Positions 32,677-43,822 of a stretch of 55,286 nt of DNA are shown here, in pieces; the stretch's first letter is position 1; every line of letters starts with the position of its first letter. The position numbers and the translations under genes are program-made. The notes beneath the pieces are model-generated. The model made no database searches, was not told where the DNA came from, and was given only the letters and a program-made list of their open reading frames with translations. The DNA is taken from assembly GCA_905331295.1 (NCBI GenBank), contig CAJNYD010000041.1:1-55286 (forward strand). The letters are read 5' to 3'. Origin of the DNA: Rotaria socialis (lineage: Eukaryota).

Positions 32677-33009
32677 CCCAGGAGAATGAATCATAGCCTA
32701 GAATCCGATGAGTTCCGATCGGTTCCTATTGGAATCCGACGGAGCTCTTCGGAAGGCGCAAGGAAACTATCGGATTATCGTCAGATTCCTGGTTCCGGAA
32801 TCAATATCGGATCCTAATAAAATCCGACAGTAACCGTCAATCGGAACCGGAATGCATCGGATTTCATTGGTTCCGACAATCGGATATCATTGGAAATACG
32901 ACTGTCGGATTCAACATTGATTCTTCAACCAGGAATCCAACGGGATTTCGTCGGATGGTAGGACCCCATAGAATCCGATGGGATTCGGTATCGGATTGAT
33001 TCACCTGGG
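32677..33009. mobile_element. CCCAGG...CCTGGG miniature element
   Basis: TSD tt/tt; interior built from ATCCGA/TCGGAT motifs; ends related to the element at 46727. Confidence 0.85.
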
Positions 33010-33930
33010 TTATTGTATATTTAAAGTATCGTAGAAATAAAATAAACTAACTTTTTGTTTTCCTTACTTCATAAATGGGTATAAATTTGACTTCCACGTA
33101 AAAATTGATTAACAATATCTAAGAACAGAAAATTAACAAAATATTGTTGGTTTTTATCTTAATGATGTACATATATTTGTATACATGACGATTGGATATA
33201 AATAAGGAATTATTTAATAATATCAGAAAGAATAAAAATAGTATGATTATTCGTCTCTTTTTATATATTCCGCATTAGAAAACATTTCTAAATAGTTTGC
33301 TTTCAAAGCGAGAATATTTCATCTAAAAATGAGTAAAAATTAAAAAGTGGGTAAAATTGAAATGATGAAAATTTTTATTAATTAAAACACATTCATTGTA
33401 CATAGAACAGTTGTTTGCATAAAGTTATCTGTAAATAGTGATCTAGTGGTCAAATGTTGAGTATTATCAGCTTATAGAATTCCTGTGTAGCATAGAGCTT
33501 GAAACCAAAAAAAAACTTGTAGAAATCTAGTTAATCTAACGATGCACATGGGTATATAATTGATTCAATGGGTTAAGGTATCGACAAGTAGCGACCGCTG
33601 TTATCAAACTATGAGATAGTTTTCTCATTCGCTTTGCATATTACAAAAGCGGAAAACAGTGAATAAATGTTTAGGCCAAAATCACACCGAAAAAGATAAA
33701 ACAAAATAAGCGACGCGATTGGTCTATTACGATTTAAGTCATCTTTTTGAGATGACGTATTCGTTCATTCTGTTTTAATTCACTTTGAATTAGTCGGTGT
33801 GATTTGGGTCTTAGTGTCTATTGAATAGGCTCAATTAGAAACCATGGTCTCAAATATACATCTTCGGTTGATGAAATCTTGAAATCTAATGTAATGTCTG
33901 AATCAAGTGTAACATATTATTCTCATCCTA

Positions 33931-34094
33931 CCCAGGTTGATCAAAATGGACTCGTTTACGGTCTGTTTGTCGACGGTAACCGATGACAAGACGGTATCTT
34001 TACGGAATTAAGATATTACGGCAAAATTTCGCCCGTAAAATAGTCGTAAAGTAACCGTCAATGGCCGTATACGGACCGTGCTGTTCGACCTGGA
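33931..34094. mobile_element. Short CCCAGG...CCTGGA miniature element in the first exon of CWC22-like copy B
   Basis: TSD ta/ta; absent from copy A; ACGG/CCGT motifs like the 29283 element. Confidence 0.8.
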
Positions 34095-34601
34095 TAGTGA
34101 AACAGTATTTACTGCAGCAGCAGATGATGATCGAGTCTATATACCACGAACTAAACGGCCACGCAAAGAAGTATGATCATTTCACATTTCAAGTCAGAAA
34201 AGAGCTGTTTGTATTTAAAAATTTTAGGATTTATTAACTCATCAATTATCATTGGAATATCAACGTGTAACATGGAAATATCTACGCAAAAATATTGATG
34301 TTCAATTGAGAATAGTGAATGAATCAAATTTACAACGAGTTGTTCGTTTTTATTTCAAGATAATCTTTTTCGTGCTCGAGGTTTACTTGCTCGTAGTATT
34401 GTTGCAGCACAAATTAGGTCACCACATAATACCAATGTCTATGTAGAACTTTTCTCTATGATTAATGGAAAATTCTCGCAAATCGGTGAATCATTTGTTA
34501 AACGCATTTTATCATCATTTCGTCGAACATATCAACTTAGTGACAAAAGCAATTGTTTAGCATCAGCAAAACTTATTGCACAGCTTATTAATCAGAACAT
34601 A

Positions 34602-34891
34602 CCCATGTCACACAAACCGATTGAAAACCATCGGTTAATCGCGGTTCATTTTTATAAAAATCGGTTAACCGCAGTTATGCAAGCCATTTTAGTGACTTTA
34701 CAGTGTAAAAACCGACGGGCAACCGGATAAACAGTCGGTTCGCCCTCAATTAACCGGTTATTTATCCGGTTAACCGTCGGTTTTTACACTGTAAAGTCAC
34801 TAAAATGGCTTGCATAACTGCGGTTAACCGATTTTTATAAAAAATGAACCGCGGTTAACCGATGGTTTTCGATCGGTTTGAGCGACATGGG
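34602..34891. mobile_element. Near-perfect palindromic CCCATG...CATGGG miniature element at an exon/intron junction
   Basis: TSD ta/ta, confirmed by the empty site cagaacata|gtatg in copy A; arms about 140 bp; AACCG/CGGTT repeats. Confidence 0.92.
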
Positions 34892-36679
34892 TAGTATGCC
34901 CTTTTCGAATAAATGCAACAACCTATTCTTGTTTTTTATTTAGTTAAATGAAGAAATTGGATTTGAGATACTTCATTTTTTGATTCGCAATATTTCCACT
35001 GATGGCATTGAACTAACTGTTGGATTTTTACATGAATGTGGCAAAAAATTATTGCAATTGAATCAACACGAATTGGATGTTCAATTTAAAAAATTAAATG
35101 ATTTACTCGGTGAATCATTAATAACAGAATGTATCAAAAATATGATCGAAAAAATATTTTCTGAACGAACAAATGAACTCAAATCGTATCCAGTAATTCA
35201 ATCTAATTTAAAATTAGTTAACGAAAATAATCAGTTTAAACATATGTTGCAATTAGATGATTATTTTGAATCTGAATCTTGGATCGGTAAAATAAACTTC
35301 TAATTCAATCAAATATCTGTGTAATTTTTATTTAGATATATTTAAATTTGACGAGCAATATGAAGTAAATGAAAAACAATATCATAAAATTCGAAAGGGT
35401 ATTTTTGAATATTTCGATTACGAATTTGAATCAAGTTCAAATTCATCAGATAGTGATGAGAAAGATGAGGACACTGAAACAAAACAACAAAAAGTTACTG
35501 ACCGCAATGACACAGATTCAATAACAATTCAGTCAAATATTTCTGCTAAAGAATGTGCTAAGAAATTACTTAAAATGAATTTATATCGTGAACAGAACAT
35601 GTGTATATTATTCTTAAAAATAAAAGAGTTTTAATCTTGATTTTTAGTTGGATGTATGTGAAATGATTGTTAACGTTTGTGGACAACAACCTACATATGA
35701 ACGCTTTTTCGGCTTAGTTGGACAACATATTTGTTTATTAGATAAAGATTGCATTTCTTCGTTTGGACAAATTTTTCGAAATTGGCATAAAAACGCTGAT
35801 CGACTGACAGAAGTAAAATCAAGAAATGTGACTAAATTGTTTGCATATTTACTTGCAACAAATTCTATTCACTGAAGAGTAAATATTCATTCTTAATATC
35901 GAAGGCATTGTTTTTATTTTCCTCCTCGGTATTTGAATGCATTCATTTAGTTGAAAATAATTTAAGATCATCATCCTGTGACTACTTGAAAAGTTTATTT
36001 ATCGAATTATATAAATGTATTGGGTTTACTAAAAATGAAGAATAATTTAACTGATCCGTAAGTTATTGAAAGACTAAAAATACAAATTAATTTTGTTGAC
36101 TTTTTATTCTAGAAAATTGTCGAATTGTTTTCAAGGTCTTTTTCCAAGTGACAATCCAGAGAATGCTCAATTTCGCATCAACTTTTTTACATCGATTGGT
36201 TTGGGTAGAATAATGTACGTGTTGAGTTTAAAATCATTTAATAGAAAAATGTGTTATTTCTTGAGTAGAAATGAATTAAACAAATTCATTATATCAAATC
36301 CAACACCAGCTTCATCTTCATTTATGTCAATATATGGTATCAGTCTGAAAGATTTTCTTGGCCATCATTTTCGATGTGACAACAAGAAGAAAAAAAATAC
36401 TGCATAAGGTTTGAATTAAACAAGGATTTTATTTTTTGATTGTATCAATTTTTTGTTATCACTTATTGTATAAGTTAAAAAAATAATTTGTAACTCGTTC
36501 CAGAAAACGAAAGTATATGTAGCTGTTAGAATGCCTGAAAAACTGATCGTTATGTTGCTTTTCAACAACGACAACGTACAAATGAAAAATTAATACGAAA
36601 AATTGAAGTAATACTGTACAACTATTAGATAGATCATTGATGATAATGATAATAATAATAATAATAATAATCATTTCAG

Positions 36680-36970
36680 ATGCTGCGTGAACGTATCACA
36701 CGAAACAAGGAATTGTTACGTGATTATGAAATAGATTTAGGCAAATTATGTCAAGCAGGGATTTTGTTACGTGAAAAAGATATTTTATTACAAGATCTTG
36801 AAGTAATCGAAATCGAAGTAAAACAAAATGATCGAAGATAAATTTTATTTTTAGACGGATGAACAAACAAAAAATGGTGAAGCGTTATATCTTCAAAATA
36901 CTCTTAAAGAAACTCAAGATAATTTAAATCCAGAAAAACGTCTTAATTCATCAATAAAACGGCCGAGCAA
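36680..36970 (+). pseudogene. Orphan two-exon coiled-coil gene fragment resembling the FHAD1 C-terminal region
   Basis: Exons about 36680-36802 (MLRERITRNKELLRDYEIDLGKL...QDLE) and 36855-36970 (TDEQTKNGEALYLQNTLKETQDNLNPEKRLNSSIK) with a GT-AG intron. Similarity to FHAD1 is recalled from memory. Confidence 0.45.
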
Positions 36971-37814
36971 GTTTTTATTCTAGATTTTTAACTTTTTTTC
37001 ATGTGAAACTCTGATATATATATATATATATTCGAAAAACAATCATTGTAGTGTTATAATTCGTGAAGTTCTTTTGTATTTTGGCGCAAATAAGAAATAT
37101 TATTCGTGATATAAGAAATGAAGAGTAACTATGCATTCATTTTTCACATGAATCCTCAAAAAATAATCTGTCAATTGGTCAGATTAATCGGTATGAGCGT
37201 TATATCGGATTTTTTTTAAGATTGATATTTGTCATAGTACGCAATAGAGATGGAAACGAATTGGTTTCAAATTTTATATGAAAATTATCACTGTAACCAA
37301 TAGTTAATATTTTTAAGTGAAAATGAATTCTCTCATCAATATGTCAACAGTAAAATCTAAAGTAAGTGATGAGAAAAAATAGTTGCAGTGATTATTGGTG
37401 AGTGTGAAAAAAAATGACTAAGGACCGAAAATGATCTAAGGTGTTTTCTTCTGCAAAAGGTTGCTATGTAGTAAAAGTGCGGATACTTTGGTTGGAGATA
37501 CTGTTCGTAGCTCAGTTCTGTAGAGGCCTTTCTGAGAGTTATTAAAGACAAAATTTGAATCTCTTCAAAAGACTACGATGAAGAAAAACAATCACTGATA
37601 AACTTCCTTCAATAATATTAGTTTTAAATCGTTTCACTTTGAAATAAAACGCGAACCTATCTCGTGATCGTTGTGCAAATATTCCGCGTAATGTAATAGA
37701 TAGATATATGGGTGTGGGTGTGTCTTATAGAAATAATAAATGAACACAAAAACAAAAAGAGACAGATACAGAAATACTCATTGAATAGATCAAAACAAAA
37801 TGTTTGTTTGAGTT

Positions 37815-40800
37815 CTATCTCAAACGTCCACTAAAACGATGATGCTTAAATGGGAATTTCCTATCATTTTCTTTAATTGATTGCGTTATTAAATTAACAA
37901 CATGATTAACATCAACTCGAGATCCAATTACTTCAACGGAACATGTGTCAATTGATGAACCCGCAACTGTATGAATACGAACTGTTCGACATCATGAACG
38001 AATTTGTGCAATACGCACACCATGAGGACCAAGTAGAGCACGGAATTGACCATGATTGATCCAAAATTCTCGTATTATAGAATCTTCACCAATTTTAACT
38101 ATTGAAAATTCATGATCTGTATCAGTTGCAACTGAACCATTCCAAGCATTAAATGCTGAATGACGACTAATGCCTTCATTTTCTTTTTCTTTAAATTTCC
38201 CATGTTGTGCATGAGATTGATTATGTTGTACATTGTGACGTGTGATGGCTTCAGAAGAATGAAAGCCACCATATTCATGAGTAAGTGAGACATCGTAATT
38301 TCTATGGAAAAAAGTATAATTATCAATATAAGATCGTTAAGTTAGAGTTTTACGCTCGTTCAATCATTTCTCGTTAGTTAAATAGAAATTAGGTGCTATT
38401 ATACACAATATATCCGTATTGCAATTTGTATGCGTAGACTAAATGACGTATACATTTTCTCAGAGATTGGAAATATGTTTTTTGTTAGTTTTATAAAAGA
38501 ATTTTATTTGAAGGTTAGATAAGCAACTTTTTCTAAAGAATATTTTCTATTAAATAGGCAATCATGATTTTGGTTGATGAATCTTGTCGATTAATTAGTT
38601 GATTAGATTTAAAATGAGCTGTTTTTTTCTCTAAATTTGTGCTGAATGAATAGTACACTTTTAAAATCCGAAATCGAACTTGGACTTGGGATAAAATTAC
38701 TTTTGAACGTGGTACCGAGTGGATCCTACTCGATGAGCTCTATTCATTCCACTCTCTCTCTTTCGTCGTTATGACAGAAAATAGGTAACGACCTAATTAT
38801 TTATGTCAGAAATACGATAGATCTCTACGGCAGTCTTTCAGCTAACCTATTTTGGAGTAACTTAGTGAGTCTAAATAACATATGTGAGTTTCCACATTTT
38901 ATCCACAAACTGACTGAGTTGATAAACTTTCTTGATAAAACAAGAATTTTGAGATTTTACTAGTTACAGAATTCAATTCAATTGTGGTTTCTATAAAAAA
39001 AATTAATAAATTTCGTTTAAAATTCATGGATCCTTTAATGAAATCTATTTCATCAAAATTATTTACGTAAATAGGTAACACTTCAATTCAAAGTGCGAAA
39101 ATTCGATTTCTACATAGAGAACTCATCAAAAATTTGGTCTTTTAAATTGCATAAGATATCAATAATAAGCGTGTCATCTATTCATCGATGTCTGTTCTAT
39201 CATAATAATCTTGAGAGAAATGTAGCTATGGGCAAGAAAGAGTTTCGTCATTAAACATTGGTTATGTAGTGCGACTCGAACCGTAAACTTACTGAATCTG
39301 TTTTCATAATGAAATTTAACTAACCAATTTATTTTCAATATTCTCATTCGATAAATCTATGAAATCATATTCATCAGAAATATTCATGATTCGTACTTTA
39401 AATGAAATAGAAAATAAAAGCAATCTATAATAATCTCTAGAATATGATTTCAAACATATTTCTAATTCTAACATTATTTAGAATTGATGAAATATGTTTG
39501 GATAATTTGTTTTTCTTTATGAGAAAATATAGAAAGTATTGTGCTTCAATCAATACCAATCAGATATTTGATTCATTAGAATAGAATTGTTTAGGCGTTT
39601 CTTTTTTCTTTTATCGTTTCACAGAGCTCTTGCCGATTTACTTCTCAATATTAGCAGAACCTATCAAAATTGAAATACGCTAAAAGTAACTATTTATTTT
39701 CTGTTACTTATCATTTAATTAGAAATAAATGTACATGCTTGTTCAGATAATCGAATTTTTCGATTTACCTATCAGGCTAAATGTCATAACTATTCGTTTC
39801 AATTGAAACTGATATTCTAATGATTAGCAACTATGAATACAAATTCGTATTGATAGTGTTTTGCGATCAGAGAGAAAATATATTCGTTTACATCTAACGA
39901 AAGCTTTAATGTTTTCACGGGAGATTTTATCAATAGAAGAAAAAACGAAGTAAATCTAGTCTATTTACGTTTCATCATAGTGTAAAATTTCATCACTATG
40001 ATATGTAGTTTGATTAATATGAATAAATATTTCTTCAAGACAAGAAAGTATTTTTTCAAGTGATAAACCTTGCATAAGAAGAACGCGCTCAGTTGAATGT
40101 GGTGCACATGTTGGATGAATAGTTAACATGTGTAACGAATATTTTTCACGTAAGAGTTTTGCTCGGTCACCCAATTTTCCAAGTATCAATGGTGCATAAG
40201 GTTGGTGAATAAGAATCCGTAATTCACATTGATTTAATGATGATGATGAATATACAGTGGAAAGTATTTGCTCAATAACAGATAACTGATGAAAACCTAA
40301 ATTAAATAATTAAAATAAAAAAGATGAAATAAAAACTTGGTTTACTTTTTTCTATTTACCATTTGTAGTTAAAACTTGCTCAGGTGTTGTTTCATTGATT
40401 GCATTTTTCATTTCAACATATTGTTGAACAAGAGATAAATTTTCAATTTTGTCAATTGCATCTTTATGTACTAAAATTCGGCAAATAAAATCGCTTTTAT
40501 CATTTATTTTATTTTGATAATTGTTTTCATCAATTGAAATTTCTGATTCATCATTATCTAAACTTTTATTTAATTTGAATTTCCCTTCAATTGTAGCTTT
40601 TGTTGTATCAAGTTGATATGCTAAACACTTTAAAATACAAATATTGCTTGTTAAATAGCTAATAATTTATTTCTATCAAGATTATTTTCAGTTCCATTAT
40701 TTAATATCTTAATCATTAGTTGTTGAAATACGTTTAATTGTTCAAATGATTGTTTTAAATCATTAAAACATGATTTATAAAAATCATCGACTTTTTCAAA

Positions 40801-40996
40801 CATTTTCGATGACCATTGTTCAAGTTCAGATTCTTATGTTAACTGTTGGTTATGTTGAATTGTTTGAAAGATCATTTAATGTATGAGAACATGTTTGTAC
40901 TTGTTCTAATAGTGAATTGAGATGAATTTCATCATTCGTTAGTGAAGTTTTATCATGGATTAATACATGAGTTTGGAAATGATTCGCTGTTGACAT
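37815..40996 (-). pseudogene. hnRNP K/PCBP-like KH-domain RNA-binding gene, disrupted
   Basis: Exon about 40277-39968 encodes CELRILIHQPYAPLILGKLG...CAPHSTERVL...YDET (hnRNP K KH2-like). Exon about 38302-37815 encodes NYD...YGGF and a KH3-like domain (LLGPHGVRIAQIR) with an in-frame TGA at 37994-37992. Further stops lie in the 5' part. Confidence 0.75.
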
Positions 40997-41460
40997 TTAA
41001 CTTTATTTGGACAAATGAAAAAGACGAAAAAAACTCTCCGAAAAGAAAAATATCAGACAAAACGTGAATAGAAGCAGGAACAAAAAAAAATAACGATGAC
41101 AAATAGAAAAGGAAAAAAACACGAAGTTGTATCATGCGCAGCTATATCTAAAATAAAAGTATAGTTTGTTAATTATGATTTATCAAAATAAAAATCGATT
41201 GAAAGATTTTATACGGCAGATTAACATCTCAACATTCAAAAAGTGATCATTCATTTAATATGTGATCAAAGGTGTAAGGGTTTGACTCTAGAAAATAACA
41301 GTAGTGTCAAAATTGAAACTTGAATTCAATTGAAAATTGAAATTTTCAACTTTCAGCTGATAGTGATATATGTGTGAGTGACGATACTTCAGAATTCTAT
41401 TGGTTTAAAAGTGATTTTATCGACACATATGAAACAAAAATACAATAAACAAAACTCTAA

Positions 41461-42066
41461 TTAATTAAAGTCAATACGTCGAACAGTCATTCGACGTTTT
41501 TGTGAAACAGTCGATTGTTGTTGTTGTTGCTGTTGTTGTTTCTTTTTATGTTCATCATAAAGTGTTTTTAATTGCCAATGTTTAAAAGAAATCGTTGAAT
41601 TATTTTTATCAAAATTTCTATTTAAAAGTTTGTCAAATAATTCTGACGAATTTGCATGATCGACTAAAGTTTGAAAATGTTTAAGAATGAAATCATACAT
41701 CCAATGTTGATTCAACGTAAACGACGATGATGGTAAACCATAATTCATTTGTAGAATAAAATGAATTTTTTCTTGTAACATTGTTTCAATATCTTTATTT
41801 GATATTTTCAATATCGTATCTATTAAATGTTTTTCTTCAAAATTAGTTAGTAATGGTTGACCATTAGCTAAAATAATTGTCATCGGATTAATGTCAATAT
41901 GATTGTCATCTGAATTCATAGATGATGTTGCATCTTTTGCTTCTATATCGCCAGTGGGTATTTTATTTTCTATATTATCAGCATCATCAATACAAATTGA
42001 TTCAGTGATTTTCACAGGTGAAGGTATTTCTGGTGACAATTGTCGAATATGAATGTTCTTTGCCAT
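41461..42066 (-). CDS. Hypothetical protein (probably the last exon of a longer, possibly decayed gene)
   Basis: 201-aa ORF with coding-like composition and a poly-Q tract; the frame is open up to an acceptor-like site near 42098; no recognised domain. Confidence 0.5.
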   Translation of the reverse strand: MAKNIHIRQLSPEIPSPVKITESICIDDADNIENKIPTGDIEAKDATSSMNSDDNHIDINPMTIILANGQPLLTNFEEKHLIDTILKISNKDIETMLQEKIHFILQMNYGLPSSSFTLNQHWMYDFILKHFQTLVDHANSSELFDKLLNRNFDKNNSTISFKHWQLKTLYDEHKKKQQQQQQQQSTVSQKRRMTVRRIDFN

Positions 42067-43714
42067 TACTTTTCCAGTGTATATTTGTTTTGTTTCTATT
42101 AAGTATAAAGAATTTCTATGTATCCTCGTTAGTCCGTATTGTTTTCGATTTTCTATGGAACTTATATTGAATTTTCATTGGTTTTTTCCTATAGCAATCA
42201 ACGACTTGTTTAGTATCATGAATAAATAGTCGGTTAGTCATTCTCGATATTTTCATTCATGATTTTCTTCGTCTTTTTCCTTCTGTTTTTCTACTTCGAA
42301 CATGTCAATGTATTTACCATACTATTTTGTTTTTAGCTCAAGTCAGGCAACCGAATCAACTAATTCAACATTCATCATCAAAAAATGTAACTCATAGAAA
42401 TTCAATGTAGAACTATCAATATAGAATCTGAGATTCAATATGAAATTATCTGTTTATTGGATATCGATCTTAGTGAAACGCATTCTTAGCTTTCTGATTT
42501 GTAGCAATTCAATTTTATCTGTTATATTGAATAAAGTTTTCAATAAATTAAAACTATCAAGAAGGAAAAAGTAACCTATTTAATATATTAAAGAGTAAAC
42601 AACACATTGCATGCTTTTTAATTTATATTAGTTCATTATATGGTGCGGTATTTAAGAACGCTTGAATATATTGCGCGTAGACGTGAGGAATTGCTGTCCA
42701 AATCTTGAGGATGTGGGTGTGGGTTCTCTCTTATTCATCTACTGAACGCACACCCACACCCTTTCAATATCATATCTATTAAATATTTTTCTTCAAAATT
42801 AGTTAGCAACGAATGACAATTGAAATCATATCATTTTAAATACCATCGTTTTATTATGTTTTGATCAAATCGATCGACCGTGCCCATAATGAAAGTCGGA
42901 CAACAGCGATACTCGAGACGCTTTATCAAAATCGAAAATCATGGCGCATAAAAATCAAATCTAAACGCTTCGATGCGAATTTAAGATTTAATATAAATTT
43001 ATAGATCTTGTCGTGTTAACTATTTTTTCACAAGTAACACTTTATACTCATAAGGGATCTCAATCTGTGGGGCATTTCTTTTATTTAGATGTTCTCTTTA
43101 TTTTAAAAAAATTGTACAAAAAACATACACCCTACCATTAGTAAGAAGCAATATTTTTCTAAAAAGAAAAAAGTAAAGAACAATTAGCATTTATTTCAGC
43201 GTAGTGTAATTTGTTGATATTTTGAAGTACCGAGAAAACGTAAATCTAATGTGATTAGTCCCAAGCGTTTAAATTCTCTAACAAATCGCAACTGAAATCC
43301 TCACAGAAAAGAAGACAGTATTGAATAGAAATCATTGGTGGCTGAAGAACGCGTGACCACTAAATAACATTTAATTAGTCGTTTTCTACCAATATGCTTC
43401 TTCGTCTGATGCATATTGTTTCATTTCAAAATGATTACCGTGCTTCACGAAAAACCTACATTATTCTATTAATGCGTCATACTGCTTCTAGGTAAAAAAA
43501 ATATCTGGTATAGGACAAAAAAACAAAAAGAAAACAAGGATAGCTGGAAGTAAAACGTTTTAAACGCATGGTTTAATCCAACTTGAGTCTATACATTTTA
43601 CCTCTTCCATTAGTAATTCTGGCTTTCATGCGTAGCTTATTTATTTGCTTTACTTTCGTCTTCTTTGCAATTCAATCATTATTTATATGTGCATATATAT
43701 TGTGCATGAAACTG

Positions 43715-43822
43715 GTAGACAAATATATAAATACTACCCTCTACGACATTAGAATAAAATCATAAGTAATATAAAACTGTGCATATCTGCTCATATAATT
43801 ATCTCACAATAAGCGTATCACC
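43715..43822 (+). promoter_or_regulatory. Putative core promoter/5' leader of the permease gene, with a TATA-like element
   Basis: TATATAAATA about 100 nt before the ATG; the block is almost identical at 55137-55244, upstream of copy 3. Confidence 0.5.

Larger units (their letters stand above)
33844..36407 (+). pseudogene. CWC22: CWC22-like paralogue, copy B (MIF4G + MA3 domains; disrupted)
   Basis: EYQRVTWKYLRKNI, KLIAQLINQ, GFLHECGKKL, CEMIVNVCGQQPTYERFFGL, RNVTKLFAYLL and GLFPSDNPENAQFRINFFTSIGLG. Frameshift near 34350, premature TGA at 35873-35875 where CWC22 has Trp, and two MITE insertions. Confidence 0.9.

Noticed and set aside
29283..33009. Short repeated motifs resembling a CRISPR or iteron array
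   Set aside because: There is no constant repeat-spacer period and no cas gene; the motifs are bounded by TIRs and TSDs, so they are transposon subterminal repeats.
37992..37994. In-frame TGA as selenocysteine or alternative genetic code
   Set aside because: Other genes here terminate at TGA and the same gene has additional stops; pseudogenisation is simpler.
42713..42760. Small GT-rich/CA-rich inverted repeat, next to a short duplicate of about 41815-41860
   Set aside because: Too short and isolated to assign a function.
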